Assembly (NCBI GenBank): GCA_963832025.1
Contig: CAWHSF010000004.1
Location: 1-41,330, forward strand
DNA from: Candidatus Nomurabacteria bacterium
GTDB taxonomy: Bacteria > Patescibacteriota > Minisyncoccia > Phycocordibacterales > UBA9973
Length of the DNA stretch: 41,330 nucleotides
Reading direction: 5' to 3'
Shown: positions 20,252-30,893 of the stretch, piece by piece
Layout of the letters: the number at the start of each line of letters is the position of its first letter
How positions within the stretch are numbered: the stretch's first letter is position 1
Position numbers and translations under genes: made by a program
Notes under the pieces: model-generated
The model's input: only the letters and a program-made list of their open reading frames with translations
Told to the model about the DNA's origin: nothing
Databases searched by the model: none

Positions 20252-21224
20252 ATGACTTTTGATTTAGAAGAACTTAAGAAAAATCACAATACCAGCTATC
20301 TGGCGGGTGTTTTGGAGCGCTTGGCGCGCGAAGAAGCGGAAGTTCGTGAGATGCTTGATAGTGATGAAACGTTTACATGAACTAGCGGCAAAAGAATTGT
20401 TTTCCATTCAGGAAGAAAGAACAAGAACCGAAAAACAAATTCAAGATATTCTAGATAAAGACAAAGAAGCGGAAGAATTTCCCAACGAAATAGTTTTGGA
20501 AGTGCGAGCTGGAGCCGGTGGAGATGAAGCCTCACTTTTTGCTTGGGAGCTTGCGCATATGTACGAAAAATATTCCGAAATAGAAGGCTGGCAATGGAAA
20601 GTAAATTATGAATCAAAGAGCGATTTGAATGGATACAAAGAAGCCAGTTTTGAAATAAAAGGTAAAGACATTTTTAAAAAATTAAGATATGAAACGGGTG
20701 TACATCGTGTCCAGAGAATTCCGGCGACAGAAAAAAATGGACGGGTGCATACTTCTACGGCATCGGTGGCAGTGTTTCCAATTCGTAAAAAAGTAAATTT
20801 TGTAATCAATCCGGCAGAATTTGAAATGGAATATTCTCGCTCCGGAGGAAAGGGCGGGCAGAATGTAAACAAGGTTGAAACAGCCGTGCGCATTATTCAT
20901 ATACCGACCGGGCTCGATGTGCGCTCCACAAATGAACGCAGCCAGCTGGCAAATCGTGAGAAGGCGATGATGATTTTGACGGCGAAACTTCAGCAGTTGG
21001 AAGAAGAAAAAGAAGCGAGCAAGCATGCCGGCATTCGCAAAAATCAAATTGGCACCGGCGACCGTTCGGAAAAAATCCGTACTTATAATTTTTCGCAAGA
21101 TCGCGTGACCGACCATCGTATCAAAAAATCTTGGCACAATTTGCCAAAAATTATGGAAGGAGAAATAGGAGAAATAATTGAATCCTTAAATTCTGGCGTG
21201 GTGGGGGATGAAGAAGAGGAGTAA
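20252..21224 (+). pseudogene. prfA: Peptide chain release factor 1, one frame break near 20375
   Basis: MTFDLEELKKNHNTSYLAGVLERLAREEAEVREMLDSDE then frame change into ORF 20307-21224. Contains RIPATEKNGRVHTS (PxT, RF1-type) and SGGKGGQNVNKVETAVR (GGQ). Confidence 0.85.
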
Positions 21225-21232
21225 ATTTCTAT

Positions 21233-21261
21233 TTGACAGTTCATAAAATTGGCGGTATAAA
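21233..21261 (+). promoter_or_regulatory. Near-consensus sigma70 promoter (TTGACA-17-TATAAA)
   Basis: ttgaca 21233-21238, 17-nt spacer, tataaa 21256-21261, followed by aaggag (21269-21274) 7 nt before ATG 21282. Confidence 0.55.
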
Positions 21262-21281
21262 TTGCAAGAAGGAGAAGAATC

Positions 21282-21443
21282 ATGCACACAGGGCAAATGG
21301 TACTTCTGGTGCTCGGCCTGTTTCTGGCCGGCGGTGGCCTACTCTGGGCTGCAATCAAGGGCACGGGAAGTCGACGTATCGGAGCCGTAAGTGGCAGCCG
21401 ACGTATCGGAAAAAAGGCCAAACAAATAACCTTGTCGGCCTAG
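21282..21443 (+). CDS. 53-aa small membrane peptide on a GC-rich island
   Basis: MHTGQMVLLVLGLFLAGGGLLWAAIKGTGSRRIGAVSGSRRIGKKAKQITLSA: one TM helix plus a basic tail with a direct repeat GSRRIG x2. Strong SD and promoter. Not in the ORF track (under 60 aa); the track ORF 21233-21526 is in another frame. Confidence 0.45.
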   Translation: MHTGQMVLLVLGLFLAGGGLLWAAIKGTGSRRIGAVSGSRRIGKKAKQITLSA

Positions 21444-21598
21444 GTCTTGGTGCCAATGCTGGAACCGGGAAAAAAGAGTCCTCAAGAAGCGGGGACGAGG
21501 AAGGTGGACCCTTTTGCCTCTTCTAATGTAACGCGACCGCATCGCGAAGTCTTCACAAGAGGTGGCTGAGAGTGCGGATAACTTAGCCACCAAAACTG

Positions 21599-21630
21599 CA
21601 GTCCCTGAGCTCTTGCTCTCGGACTGTTTT
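21599..21630 (+). terminator. Intrinsic terminator
   Basis: cagtcc ct gagc tctt gctc tc ggactg followed by tttt gcattttatttt. Confidence 0.6.
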
Positions 21631-21766
21631 GCATTTTATTTTATATATGGTATTATTTTCGAGTAGGGTCTCATTTAGCGAAATCGAGTTTCTACGCCCA
21701 CCCGTTTCGGGAGGGTTTATAAATAGTTTTTTGTCCTTTTTCGTAAAAAAGGAAGAAGTAAAAAGT

Positions 21767-22090
21767 ATGGCTACAAAGCTATATGTAGGGGGACTCCCTT
21801 ACAGTACCCAAGAGGATGCTCTCAAAGAGCTCTTCGCACAAGCTGGTTCAGTTGTTTCAGCTGTGATTATTATGGACAAGATGTCTGGTCGTTCAAAAGG
21901 TTTTGGATTCGTAGAAATGTCATCTCAGGATGAAGCTCAAAAAGCTATTTCTATGTTTAACGAACAAGAATTCGAAGGACGCAAACTTACTGTCAACGAA
22001 GCTCGCCCTATGGAAGCTCGCCCACCACGAAGTGGAAATGACCGAGGTGGTTATGGAGGAGGCAATGGAGGTGGACGTCGAGAATACTAA
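21767..22090 (+). CDS. RRM-type RNA-binding protein with Gly-rich tail
   Basis: MATKLYVGGLPYSTQEDALKELF...KGFGFVEM (RNP2/RNP1)...GGYGGGNGGGRREY. The start at 21767 is preceded by aaaaggaag. Confidence 0.85.
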   Translation: MATKLYVGGLPYSTQEDALKELFAQAGSVVSAVIIMDKMSGRSKGFGFVEMSSQDEAQKAISMFNEQEFEGRKLTVNEARPMEARPPRSGNDRGGYGGGNGGGRREY

Positions 22091-22110
22091 CCTGCCTGCC
22101 GGTAGGCAAG
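22091..22110 (+). repeat. 20-nt GC palindrome family B, degenerate copy B1
   Basis: cctgcctgccggtaggcaag lies immediately after the RRM stop codon. Compare the perfect copy at 30123-30142. Confidence 0.65.
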
Positions 22111-22126
22111 TTTAATTTATATTCTT

Positions 22127-22162
22127 AAAAACAAAAAACTGCCAATGGCAGTTTTTTGTTTG
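22127..22162 (+). terminator. Intrinsic (bidirectional-looking) terminator
   Basis: aaaaacaaaaaa ctgcca at ggcag ttttttgttt. Confidence 0.7.
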
Positions 22163-22188
22163 CCCAAAAGAGTTTTTTCTGGTATAGT
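22160..22188 (+). promoter_or_regulatory. Putative promoter for tRNA-Ile (TTGCCC-17-TATAGT)
   Basis: ttgccc 22160-22165, 17-nt spacer, tatagt 22183-22188. The tRNA starts at 22210. Confidence 0.4.
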
Positions 22189-22209
22189 TTTTAAATTGCT
22201 TTTTTAAAT

Positions 22210-22281
22210 GAGCGTGTAGTTCAGTGGTAGAACGCTGTCCTGATAAGACAGAGGTCGATGGTTCGATCCCATCCACGCTCA
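22210..22281 (+). tRNA. tRNA-Ile (anticodon GAT)
   Basis: Cloverleaf read by eye: acceptor gagcgtg/cacgctc, D arm gttc-agtggta-gaac, anticodon stem ctgtc/gacag with loop ct-GAT-aa, T arm gatgg-ttcgatc-ccatc. CCA is not encoded. Confidence 0.9.
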
Positions 22282-22350
22282 CAAAAAATTTAATCTCAAT
22301 GGGAATTACAAGTTCTTCATTTAACTGTGCTATACTTCCGGCCTAGATAT

Positions 22351-22467
22351 ATGAACAATGCAATTGAAATAAAAGAACTTCATAAAGACTACAGTGATTT
22401 TTCTTTGAATCACATCTCTTTTACTTTGCCTGTTGGGCATATAATGGGATTTGTTGGTCTCCCTTAA
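22351..22467 (+). pseudogene. N-terminal fragment of an ABC-transporter ATPase, truncated just before Walker A
   Basis: MNNAIEIKELHKDYSDFSLNHISFTLPVGHIMGFVGLP then stop. The expected G.NGAGKT continuation is absent. Confidence 0.6.
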
Positions 22468-22591
22468 ATGCATTTTAATTTTACAACATATATCCTTAAT
22501 TTTTTGACTTTTAAATAAAAAAGTATTTAATATATTTACTCAACCAGCGTGTTGAGTGGGTGCCAGCTCTGGCGTTCCCGCGTCCAACATT

Positions 22592-22855
22592 ATGGGCAGA
22601 AATAAAAGATCCCTAGCTCAGAAAGTTGCACCACTGAGCTCTGAGCAGATCGAATGCGTTCGGTCTGCGTTAAGTTTAACCAACGATGAGCTTGCCGATA
22701 GGCTTGGAATCTCATCCTCGACCTTGTATTACTACAAGACAGGGGAAAGGGAACAAAGTTTCGGTAACCGCCTATCGTTGTGGCAATTGTTCTTTCTCCC
22801 AGAGGTCCAAAAACTCTGGGCTGTGTATCTTAAGGTCACTTCTACGGATGACTAG
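22592..22855 (+). CDS. Small helix-turn-helix DNA-binding protein on a GC-rich island
   Basis: MGRNKRSLAQKVAPLSSEQIECVRSALSLTNDELADRLGISSSTLYYYKTGERE... (HTH: LTNDELADRLGISSSTLYYY). Locally much more GC-rich than the flanks. Confidence 0.55.
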   Translation: MGRNKRSLAQKVAPLSSEQIECVRSALSLTNDELADRLGISSSTLYYYKTGEREQSFGNRLSLWQLFFLPEVQKLWAVYLKVTSTDD

Positions 22856-22873
22856 TTCGAGGTGATCCTATCT

Positions 22874-22903
22874 GAGCGCTCGAGACCTTGGTCTCGGGCG
22901 CTC
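22874..22903 (+). terminator. GC-rich hairpin after the HTH gene
   Basis: gagcgc t cgagacc tt ggtctcg g gcgctc followed by cttattt. Confidence 0.5.
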
Positions 22904-22987
22904 CTTATTTATTGTAAAAAATTATTAATATAGTTTATAATAAAAATATAACAGCAATCTATCTAAAAACGAAAAAAAGATAGTATT

Positions 22988-23016
22988 TTGCATTAAATTT
23001 TAGTCTTTGATATAAT
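22988..23016 (+). promoter_or_regulatory. atp operon promoter (TTGCAT-17-TATAAT)
   Basis: ttgcat 22988-22993, 17-nt spacer, tataat 23011-23016. Confidence 0.55.
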
Positions 23017-23020
23017 ACCA

Positions 23021-23046
23021 GAAAGCCCTAATTGGCTTTCTTTTTT
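23021..23046 (+). terminator. Intrinsic terminator overlapping the atp promoter's start region
   Basis: gaaagcc ctaatt ggctttc followed by tttttt. The 5' arm begins 5 nt after the -10 hexamer. Confidence 0.55.
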
Positions 23047-23067
23047 GTGGAAGATAACAAGCAAAAC

Positions 23068-23331
23068 ATGAATAATAAGGGTGGTCCTTGGTGGAAAGAT
23101 GGGGTACAGATTTTCACGGAAGTGTCAGTTTGGATTGTCGTACCGATACTCCTTGCTCTCTTTGTCGGAAAGGGTTTAGATGCGCATTATGGGACAAAAC
23201 CGGTTATTTTTCTTGTCCTTGCTGGAGTTGGATTTCTTTTTTCTTGCTTTGGCATCGTTCGCGTAGTTAAAAAATACATGAAGGAAATAAAAGATTTATC
23301 GAATAAAGAATATAAAAACAAAGATAATTAA
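23068..23331 (+). CDS. AtpZ/AtpI-like small membrane protein
   Basis: MNNKGGPWWKDGVQIFTEVSVWIVVPILLALFVGKGLD...VIFLVLAGVGFLFSCFGIV, two TM helices, first gene of the atp cluster. The track start at 23032 overlaps the terminator hairpin. Confidence 0.6.
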   Translation: MNNKGGPWWKDGVQIFTEVSVWIVVPILLALFVGKGLDAHYGTKPVIFLVLAGVGFLFSCFGIVRVVKKYMKEIKDLSNKEYKNKDN

Positions 23332-24481
<1,150 letters not shown>

Positions 24482-24551
24482 TAATTAGACACTAAGCATT
24501 AGGCTTGTGCTTGTATCAAGCTAGAGCCTAGAGCTTAGAGCCTAAAATATT

Positions 24552-25043
24552 ATGGAATCAATCATATCAACATTTCACATAGACTGGAAAATTATCGTTG
24601 CTCAAGCAATAAACTTTGCCGTAGTGTTTGTCGTTTTGTATATCTTTGCATTAAAACCACTTTCTAAATTAATGGCAGAAAGAAGTGAAAAAATTGCAAA
24701 GGGAATTAATGACGCAAAAATAAATGCCAAGCTACTGGAGGAAACTCGGGCAGAGTATGATGCAGCTTTGGTAAAAGCTCGCGGAGAAGCAAATAAGATA
24801 TTTCAAGACGGTAAAAAGGAAGCTGAGGCAAAAAAAGTGGCGATGTTGGAAGATGCCAAGCAAGAAGTGGCGACAGTGATCGCAAACGGCAAGAAAACAT
24901 TGGAAACAGAAAAAATAAAAATGGTGGAAGAAGCCAAGAAAGAAATCGTTGCACTAGCGATGACTGCGACGGAAAAGATACTCAGTGATAAGGTTGATAA
25001 ATCTTTTAACGAGAAAACGGTGAAAGAATTAAAGAATTTATAA
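24552..25043 (+). CDS. atpF: F0F1 ATP synthase subunit b
   Basis: N-terminal TM helix followed by a long charged helix (LMAERSEKIAKGINDAK...). Operon position fits. Confidence 0.85.
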   Translation: MESIISTFHIDWKIIVAQAINFAVVFVVLYIFALKPLSKLMAERSEKIAKGINDAKINAKLLEETRAEYDAALVKARGEANKIFQDGKKEAEAKKVAMLEDAKQEVATVIANGKKTLETEKIKMVEEAKKEIVALAMTATEKILSDKVDKSFNEKTVKELKNL

Positions 25044-25050
25044 TAAATAA

Positions 25051-25476
25051 ATGGCCACAATTTCAAACAATGACATAGCTCGTGCAATATATTTATCGAC
25101 AAAAGATAATAATTTGGAGGTCTTGCCTCCAAGTGGAGGCAAGACTTCCAAATATGCCAACATCGTTCAATTTTTATACAGGAAAAGATTATTGTTGCAA
25201 GCCCCAGACATTCTTTCTCGCTTGGACAAAATAATTAACGAAGCGGACGGAAGGATTGTGGTCAAGTTATCAAGCAAAGAACATTTAACAGAAAACATCA
25301 AAAAAGAAATCGCGCAAATTTTAAAAGAACGTTATGCAGCAGAAAAAATTATTTTCGTAGAAAGTTTAAATGAAAAATTGCTTGGAGGATTTAAAATAGA
25401 AGTAAATGATGAAGTAATAGATTTAACAATCAAAAACAAAATTGGAAAATTACAAGAATATTTAACATCATACTTT
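25051..25476 (+). CDS. atpH: F0F1 ATP synthase subunit delta (short); no stop codon before the atpA ATG
   Basis: ...LLGGFKIEVNDEVIDLTIKNKIGKLQEYL is a typical OSCP C-terminus. The reading frame continues directly into atpA. Confidence 0.7.
25114..25151 (+). repeat. 38-nt palindrome inside atpH
   Basis: ttggaggtcttgcctcca ag tggaggcaagacttccaa (17 of 18 complementary), read as LEVLPPSGGKTSK. Confidence 0.7.
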
Positions 25477-26981
25477 ATGAGCACAAACCATATCGTAGAA
25501 AATTTAAAAAAGGAAATAGAAAATTTTTCCGCTCAAATCAAAGTTGAGAAAGTCGGCAAGGTACTGGAACTTTTCGACGGTATTGCCAAAGTTTCCGGAC
25601 TTTCCGATATTAAATCTTCCGAAATGGTGACTTTTCCAAATGGTGAGACGGGTGTGGCGCTAAACTTAGAAGAAGATACCGTTGGCATAATTATCTTTGG
25701 TGATTTTTCTAAAATTAAAGAAGGAGATGAAGTAAAAGCCACCGGTAAAATTTTGGAAGTTCCCATCTCTGATGCCATTTTGGGTACGAGTGGTAAATGC
25801 AATCGGTGCTCCGATTGATGGTAAAGGCGCAATTAAAGCAAATAAAACTTATCCAATTGAAAAAGTTGCATCCGGGAGTAATTACTCGTCTAAAAGTGAT
25901 CAACCGATGGCTACAGGCATCAAAGCGATTGATGCAATTATTCCGATTGGAAGTGGCCAACGAGAACTCATCATCGGAGATAGACAGACTGGTAAAACAG
26001 CCATTGCCATTGATACAATTTTAAACCAAAAGGGTCAAAACATGATTTGTGTTTATGTTTCTATTGGACAAAAAGATTCCAAACTTCGCAAAATTACAGG
26101 CAAGATTGGAAGCTGGTGGAGCTATGGAATATACGGTAATCGTTTCTGCAGGCGCTTCGGAAGCTGCAGCGCTTTCTTATATCGCTCCTTATACTGGAGT
26201 TTCTATTGCTGAATATTTTATGGACCAAGGCAAGGACGTTTTGATTATTTACGATGATCTTTCCAAACACGCTGTGGCTTATCGAGAAATTTCTCTTTTA
26301 CTTCGACGCCCTCCAGGCCGTGAAGCATATCCTGGAGATGTCTTTTATTTGCACTCACGTTTGCTTGAACGTGCTTGTCGCAAGAACGAAAAGTATGGTG
26401 GTGGGTCTATTACTGCTTTGCCGATAGTGGAGACACAAGCCGGAGATGTGTCCGCTTATATTCCGACCAATGTCATTTCCATCACGGATGGACAGATTTT
26501 TTTGGAGACAGATTTATTTTATAAAGGCATTCGTCCAGCAGTAAATGTCGGTCTTTCTGTTTCTCGCGTCGGTGGAGATGCTCAAATCAAAGCGATGAAG
26601 AAAGTCGCCGGTAACGCTCAAGCTGGATCTTGCGCAATTTCGAGAACTAGAAGCTTTCGCGCAATTCGGTTCCGACCTCGATGAATCAACTAAGCGTCAG
26701 CTTGAACGTGGCAAGAGAGCAGTGGAAGTTTTAAAACAGCTTCAATATTCGCCGATTAAAGTTGAAAACCAAGTTGTGACCCTTTATGCTCTCACCAAAG
26801 GCTACATGGATGATGTTGCGGTTGAAAAAATAAAAGAATTTGAAGAACAACTCGCTTCAATACGCAGAACACAATGCAAAAATTTTCTTCAAAGAAGTTA
26901 GCTGAGAAAAAAATGTGGACCGAAAAAGGTGAAGAAGAATTAAAAACAGTAATTGGAGATTTTAAAAAGAATTTTAGTTAA
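25477..26981 (+). pseudogene. atpA: F0F1 ATP synthase subunit alpha, at least 5 frame breaks
   Basis: MSTNHIVENLKKEIENF..., [87 protein letters not shown], and ITDGQIFLE are found in different frames. Confidence 0.9.
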
Positions 26982-26986
26982 ATTTT

Positions 26987-27915
26987 ATGGCTGGAACCAA
27001 AGAGATTAAAAGAAGAATAAAAAGTGTGAAAAACACAAAAAAAATCACCAAGGCGATGGAGCTAGTCGCAGCTTCAAAGATGAAGCGCGCTGTGATGGCA
27101 ACTTTGGCTTCCAGGCTTTACGCCGAATATTCTTGGGAAATTTTGACATCAATTGTGCAAAATATGGAAGAAAGTTTAAAAGACCAAACGCATCCGTTTT
27201 TTGTGCAAAAACCGTTAAAAAATATACTACTAGTTTTGATAACCTCTAATCGTGGGCTTTGTGGCGCTTACAATACACAGGTGATAAAAAAAGCTCTCTC
27301 AGTTATCAAGAAAAACAAAGATATAAATGTTGATATATTAGCCATAGGTAAAAAAGGAGATACGGCCATGCGTCGAGTCGGAAAAAATGTCATTGCTACC
27401 TTTACTGATATACCGAGTAATGCAACTTTTTCTGATACTTCTCCGGTCTCAGAGGTTATTTTTGAAGAGTATAAAAAAGGTTCATATGATAAAGTTTTGG
27501 TTGCTTATACAAAATTTACTTCTCCGCTTGTTCAAACCCCGAGCATTAAACAAGTGCTTCCGGTTCTCGCGCTGAACTCAAAGAACTTATTGATGAACTT
27601 TCCTTGATAGGGAATACAGAAGGTAAAATCGAGACACCTTTAAAAATAAACAAAAAAATCAATTATCTTTTTGAAGGCAATCAGGAAAAATTCATGGAGT
27701 TGCTGGTAGAAAAACTGGTTGAAGTGCAAAGATATCAAATGTTCCTAGAATCTAACGCATCAGAACAATCGGCTAGAATGGTGGCCATGAAAAATGCAAA
27801 CGAAGCCTCGAGTGAAATGATTGACGACTTAACTCTGATGTTTAACAAGGCTCGACAGGCAAATATTACCAGAGAGATATCAGAAATTAGCGCAGGGATG
27901 GCCTCCGTTAATTAA
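26987..27915 (+). pseudogene. atpG: F0F1 ATP synthase subunit gamma, frame break(s) near 27570-27610
   Basis: MAGTKEIKRRIKSVKNTKKITKAMELVAASKMKRA... and C-terminal ...NKARQANITREISEISAGMAS. Confidence 0.85.
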
Positions 27916-27947
27916 AAATTACAAATTATAAATTAATAACAAAAAGA

Positions 27948-29340
<1,393 letters not shown>

Positions 29341-29447
29341 AAATTTAAAAATTACTTTTAAAAACCCACATAAAATTCTACTGAATTTTTGCTTAGACTT
29401 CGGCCCGTTGGCCTCCGTAAGATTTTTAAAAGCAATATTTTAAATTT
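29341..29447 (+). repeat. Long-hairpin intergenic element family E, copy E2
   Basis: Fills the atpD-atpC gap. Outer AT arms aaatttaaaaat.../...atattttaaattt and cttttaaaaa/tttttaaaag. Core cttcggcccgttggcctccgtaag is homologous to 20141-20172. Confidence 0.7.
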
Positions 29448-29455
29448 AAAAAAAT

Positions 29456-29902
29456 ATGTCAAAACAATTAAAATTAAAAATAATAACACCCGAGAGACTC
29501 ATCATTGAAGAGATGGTTGACCAAGTAACTTTGCCAACCACGGAAGGTGAAATTACGATTTTACCTGACCATATTCCATTAATAGCATCACTTGCTTCTG
29601 GAGACATAGTTGCTGTGTCTGGTGGAGAACACATACCTTCGGCAGTTGTCGGAGGTTTTGTTGAGGTGAAAAAAGACGAAAAAGGTGAGACCTCAGTTAC
29701 CGTGCTGGCAGATTTTGCCGAGGCGGTTTCAGAATTAACCGAAGAAAGAGTGGAAAAAGCTAGAGCTAGAGCCGAGGAACTTCGCAAGCAGATGGACAAT
29801 AAAGAAGTTGTTGATTTCGAACATTTTTCTGCCGAACTTGAAAGATCACTCAATCGGGTAAAAATTGCCGATAAATGGAGAACAAGAAAATATAGAAAAT
29901 AA
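29456..29902 (+). CDS. atpC: F0F1 ATP synthase subunit epsilon
   Basis: LKLKIITPERLIIEEMVDQVTLPTTEGEITILPDHIPLIASL... Confidence 0.85.
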   Translation: MSKQLKLKIITPERLIIEEMVDQVTLPTTEGEITILPDHIPLIASLASGDIVAVSGGEHIPSAVVGGFVEVKKDEKGETSVTVLADFAEAVSELTEERVEKARARAEELRKQMDNKEVVDFEHFSAELERSLNRVKIADKWRTRKYRK

Positions 29903-30600
29903 TGTCTAAATTTTATGTAATTGCGACACCGATAGGGAACTTGGGAGATATTACTCTCCGAGCCATAGAGACATTAAAAAGTGTTGATTTGATATTGTGC
30001 GAAGATACACGTGTCACAAAAAATCTTTTAAATAAATATAATATCAATAAGCCTACGATGAGTTACCATGCTCAGAGTAAACTCAGTAAAACTGAGAAAA
30101 TTTTTGAATTACTGGAGGAAGGCCTGCCTGCCGGCAGGCAGGGAAAAAATTTAGCTTTAGTGTCAGACGCAGGAACACCAGGAATTTCTGATCCTGGCGC
30201 GATGTTGATTTCTCAAATTAAAAAAAAGTTTAGTGAATCAGAGGTTCAGATAATTCCGATTCCTGGAGCCACAGCTATCATCACAGCGCTTTCTGCTTCA
30301 GGTTTACCAACTCATGAGTTTACATTCTTGGGGTTTTTACCACACAAAAAGGGGAGAGAAACTTTATTTAAAGAAATAGCGGAAGCTAAAAGAACAATGG
30401 TCTTTTATGAATCCCCTCATCGTATTTTAAAAACCCTGGAATCTTTACAAAAATTTTGTCCAGATAAAAAAGTTTGTATTGCTCGAGAGCTCACAAAAAT
30501 TTATGAAGAATTTAAAACTGGAACACCCACTGAAGTATTGGAATATCTAACAAAAAATCCAGTGAAACAAAAAGGGGAGTTTACGGTTTTAATTGCCTAA
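29902..30600 (+). CDS. rsmI: 16S rRNA (cytidine1402-2'-O)-methyltransferase with a 7-aa palindrome-encoded insert
   Basis: FYVIATPIGNLGDITLRAIETLKSVDLILCEDTR...ALVSDAGTPGISDPG...YESPHR. Confidence 0.85.
   Translation: MSKFYVIATPIGNLGDITLRAIETLKSVDLILCEDTRVTKNLLNKYNINKPTMSYHAQSKLSKTEKIFELLEEGLPAGRQGKNLALVSDAGTPGISDPGAMLISQIKKKFSESEVQIIPIPGATAIITALSASGLPTHEFTFLGFLPHKKGRETLFKEIAEAKRTMVFYESPHRILKTLESLQKFCPDKKVCIARELTKIYEEFKTGTPTEVLEYLTKNPVKQKGEFTVLIA
30123..30142 (+). repeat. 20-nt perfect GC palindrome family B, copy B2 (in frame in rsmI)
   Basis: cctgcctgccggcaggcagg read as LPAGRQ(G), between ...LLEEG and KNLALVSDAGTP. Confidence 0.75.
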
Positions 30601-30610
30601 AAAAGGAAAA

Positions 30611-30657
30611 GCCGTCTAGGGAGGACGTTCTTCCTCCGCCAGAACGGCGATGATTTT
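30611..30657. terminator. Hairpin between convergent genes (rsmI / small minus-strand ORF)
   Basis: gccgt cta g ggagga cgttct tcctcc gccaga acggc, then gatgattttt. Confidence 0.5.
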
Positions 30658-30673
30658 TGTATAAATCTTTATT

Positions 30674-30844
30674 TTATGCGAGGAGCACAATTTCTCCTCT
30701 TGCTCCCGGGAATCTTTTTTCTGCCTCTTTTGTTGCCTCTGGCTGGCATCTTGCATCAAGAGGCACGATTTCTACATGGAATATTTCTCCTATGTGTTCG
30801 CACCAGGAGACATCGTTACCAGTTCTCATCATAAAAAAGTACAT
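30674..30844 (-). CDS. 56-aa hypothetical protein
   Basis: MYFFMMRTGNDVSWCEHIGEIFHVEIVPLDARCQPEATKEAEKRFPGARGEIVLLA, preceded on the minus strand by gaggag 5 nt upstream of the ATG. Not in the ORF track (under 60 aa). Confidence 0.3.
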   Translation of the reverse strand: MYFFMMRTGNDVSWCEHIGEIFHVEIVPLDARCQPEATKEAEKRFPGARGEIVLLA

Positions 30845-30893
30845 GGGTTTCTCCTCAATTTCAGATTAACCTATATAAAATATAAGTCAAATC

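Noticed and set aside
20360-20380. The frame change in the release-factor gene could be the programmed +1 frameshift known from prfB.
   Set aside because: The protein has the RF1 PxT tripeptide (PAT), not the SPF of RF2. The site (acg ttt aca tga act) lacks the CUU UGA C slippery/stop context and an upstream SD-like element. It looks like another indel.
21233-21526. The 97-aa track ORF on the GC island, and the 84-aa minus-strand ORF at 21339-21593.
   Set aside because: Both have Arg/Gly/Ser-rich low-complexity translations typical of wrong-frame reading of GC-rich DNA. The 53-aa ORF with an SD and promoter in another frame is the better candidate.
21444-21630. The GC-rich structured stretch could be a known RNA gene (SRP/4.5S RNA, RNase P RNA, 6S, tmRNA).
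   Set aside because: I could not find the conserved SRP domain IV motif (GGAA tetraloop with AGCA/GNAR context), the RNase P P4 GAGGAAAGUCC motif, or a tRNA-like 3' end on either strand. It is left as an unknown structured region.
24500-24541. A short tandem repeat ctagagc x3 and a hairpin taggct...agccta lie between atpE and atpF; considered as a possible CRISPR or other repeat array.
   Set aside because: There are only three 7-nt units and no spacers. An intergenic stem-loop after atpE is common and probably acts as an mRNA-stability element.
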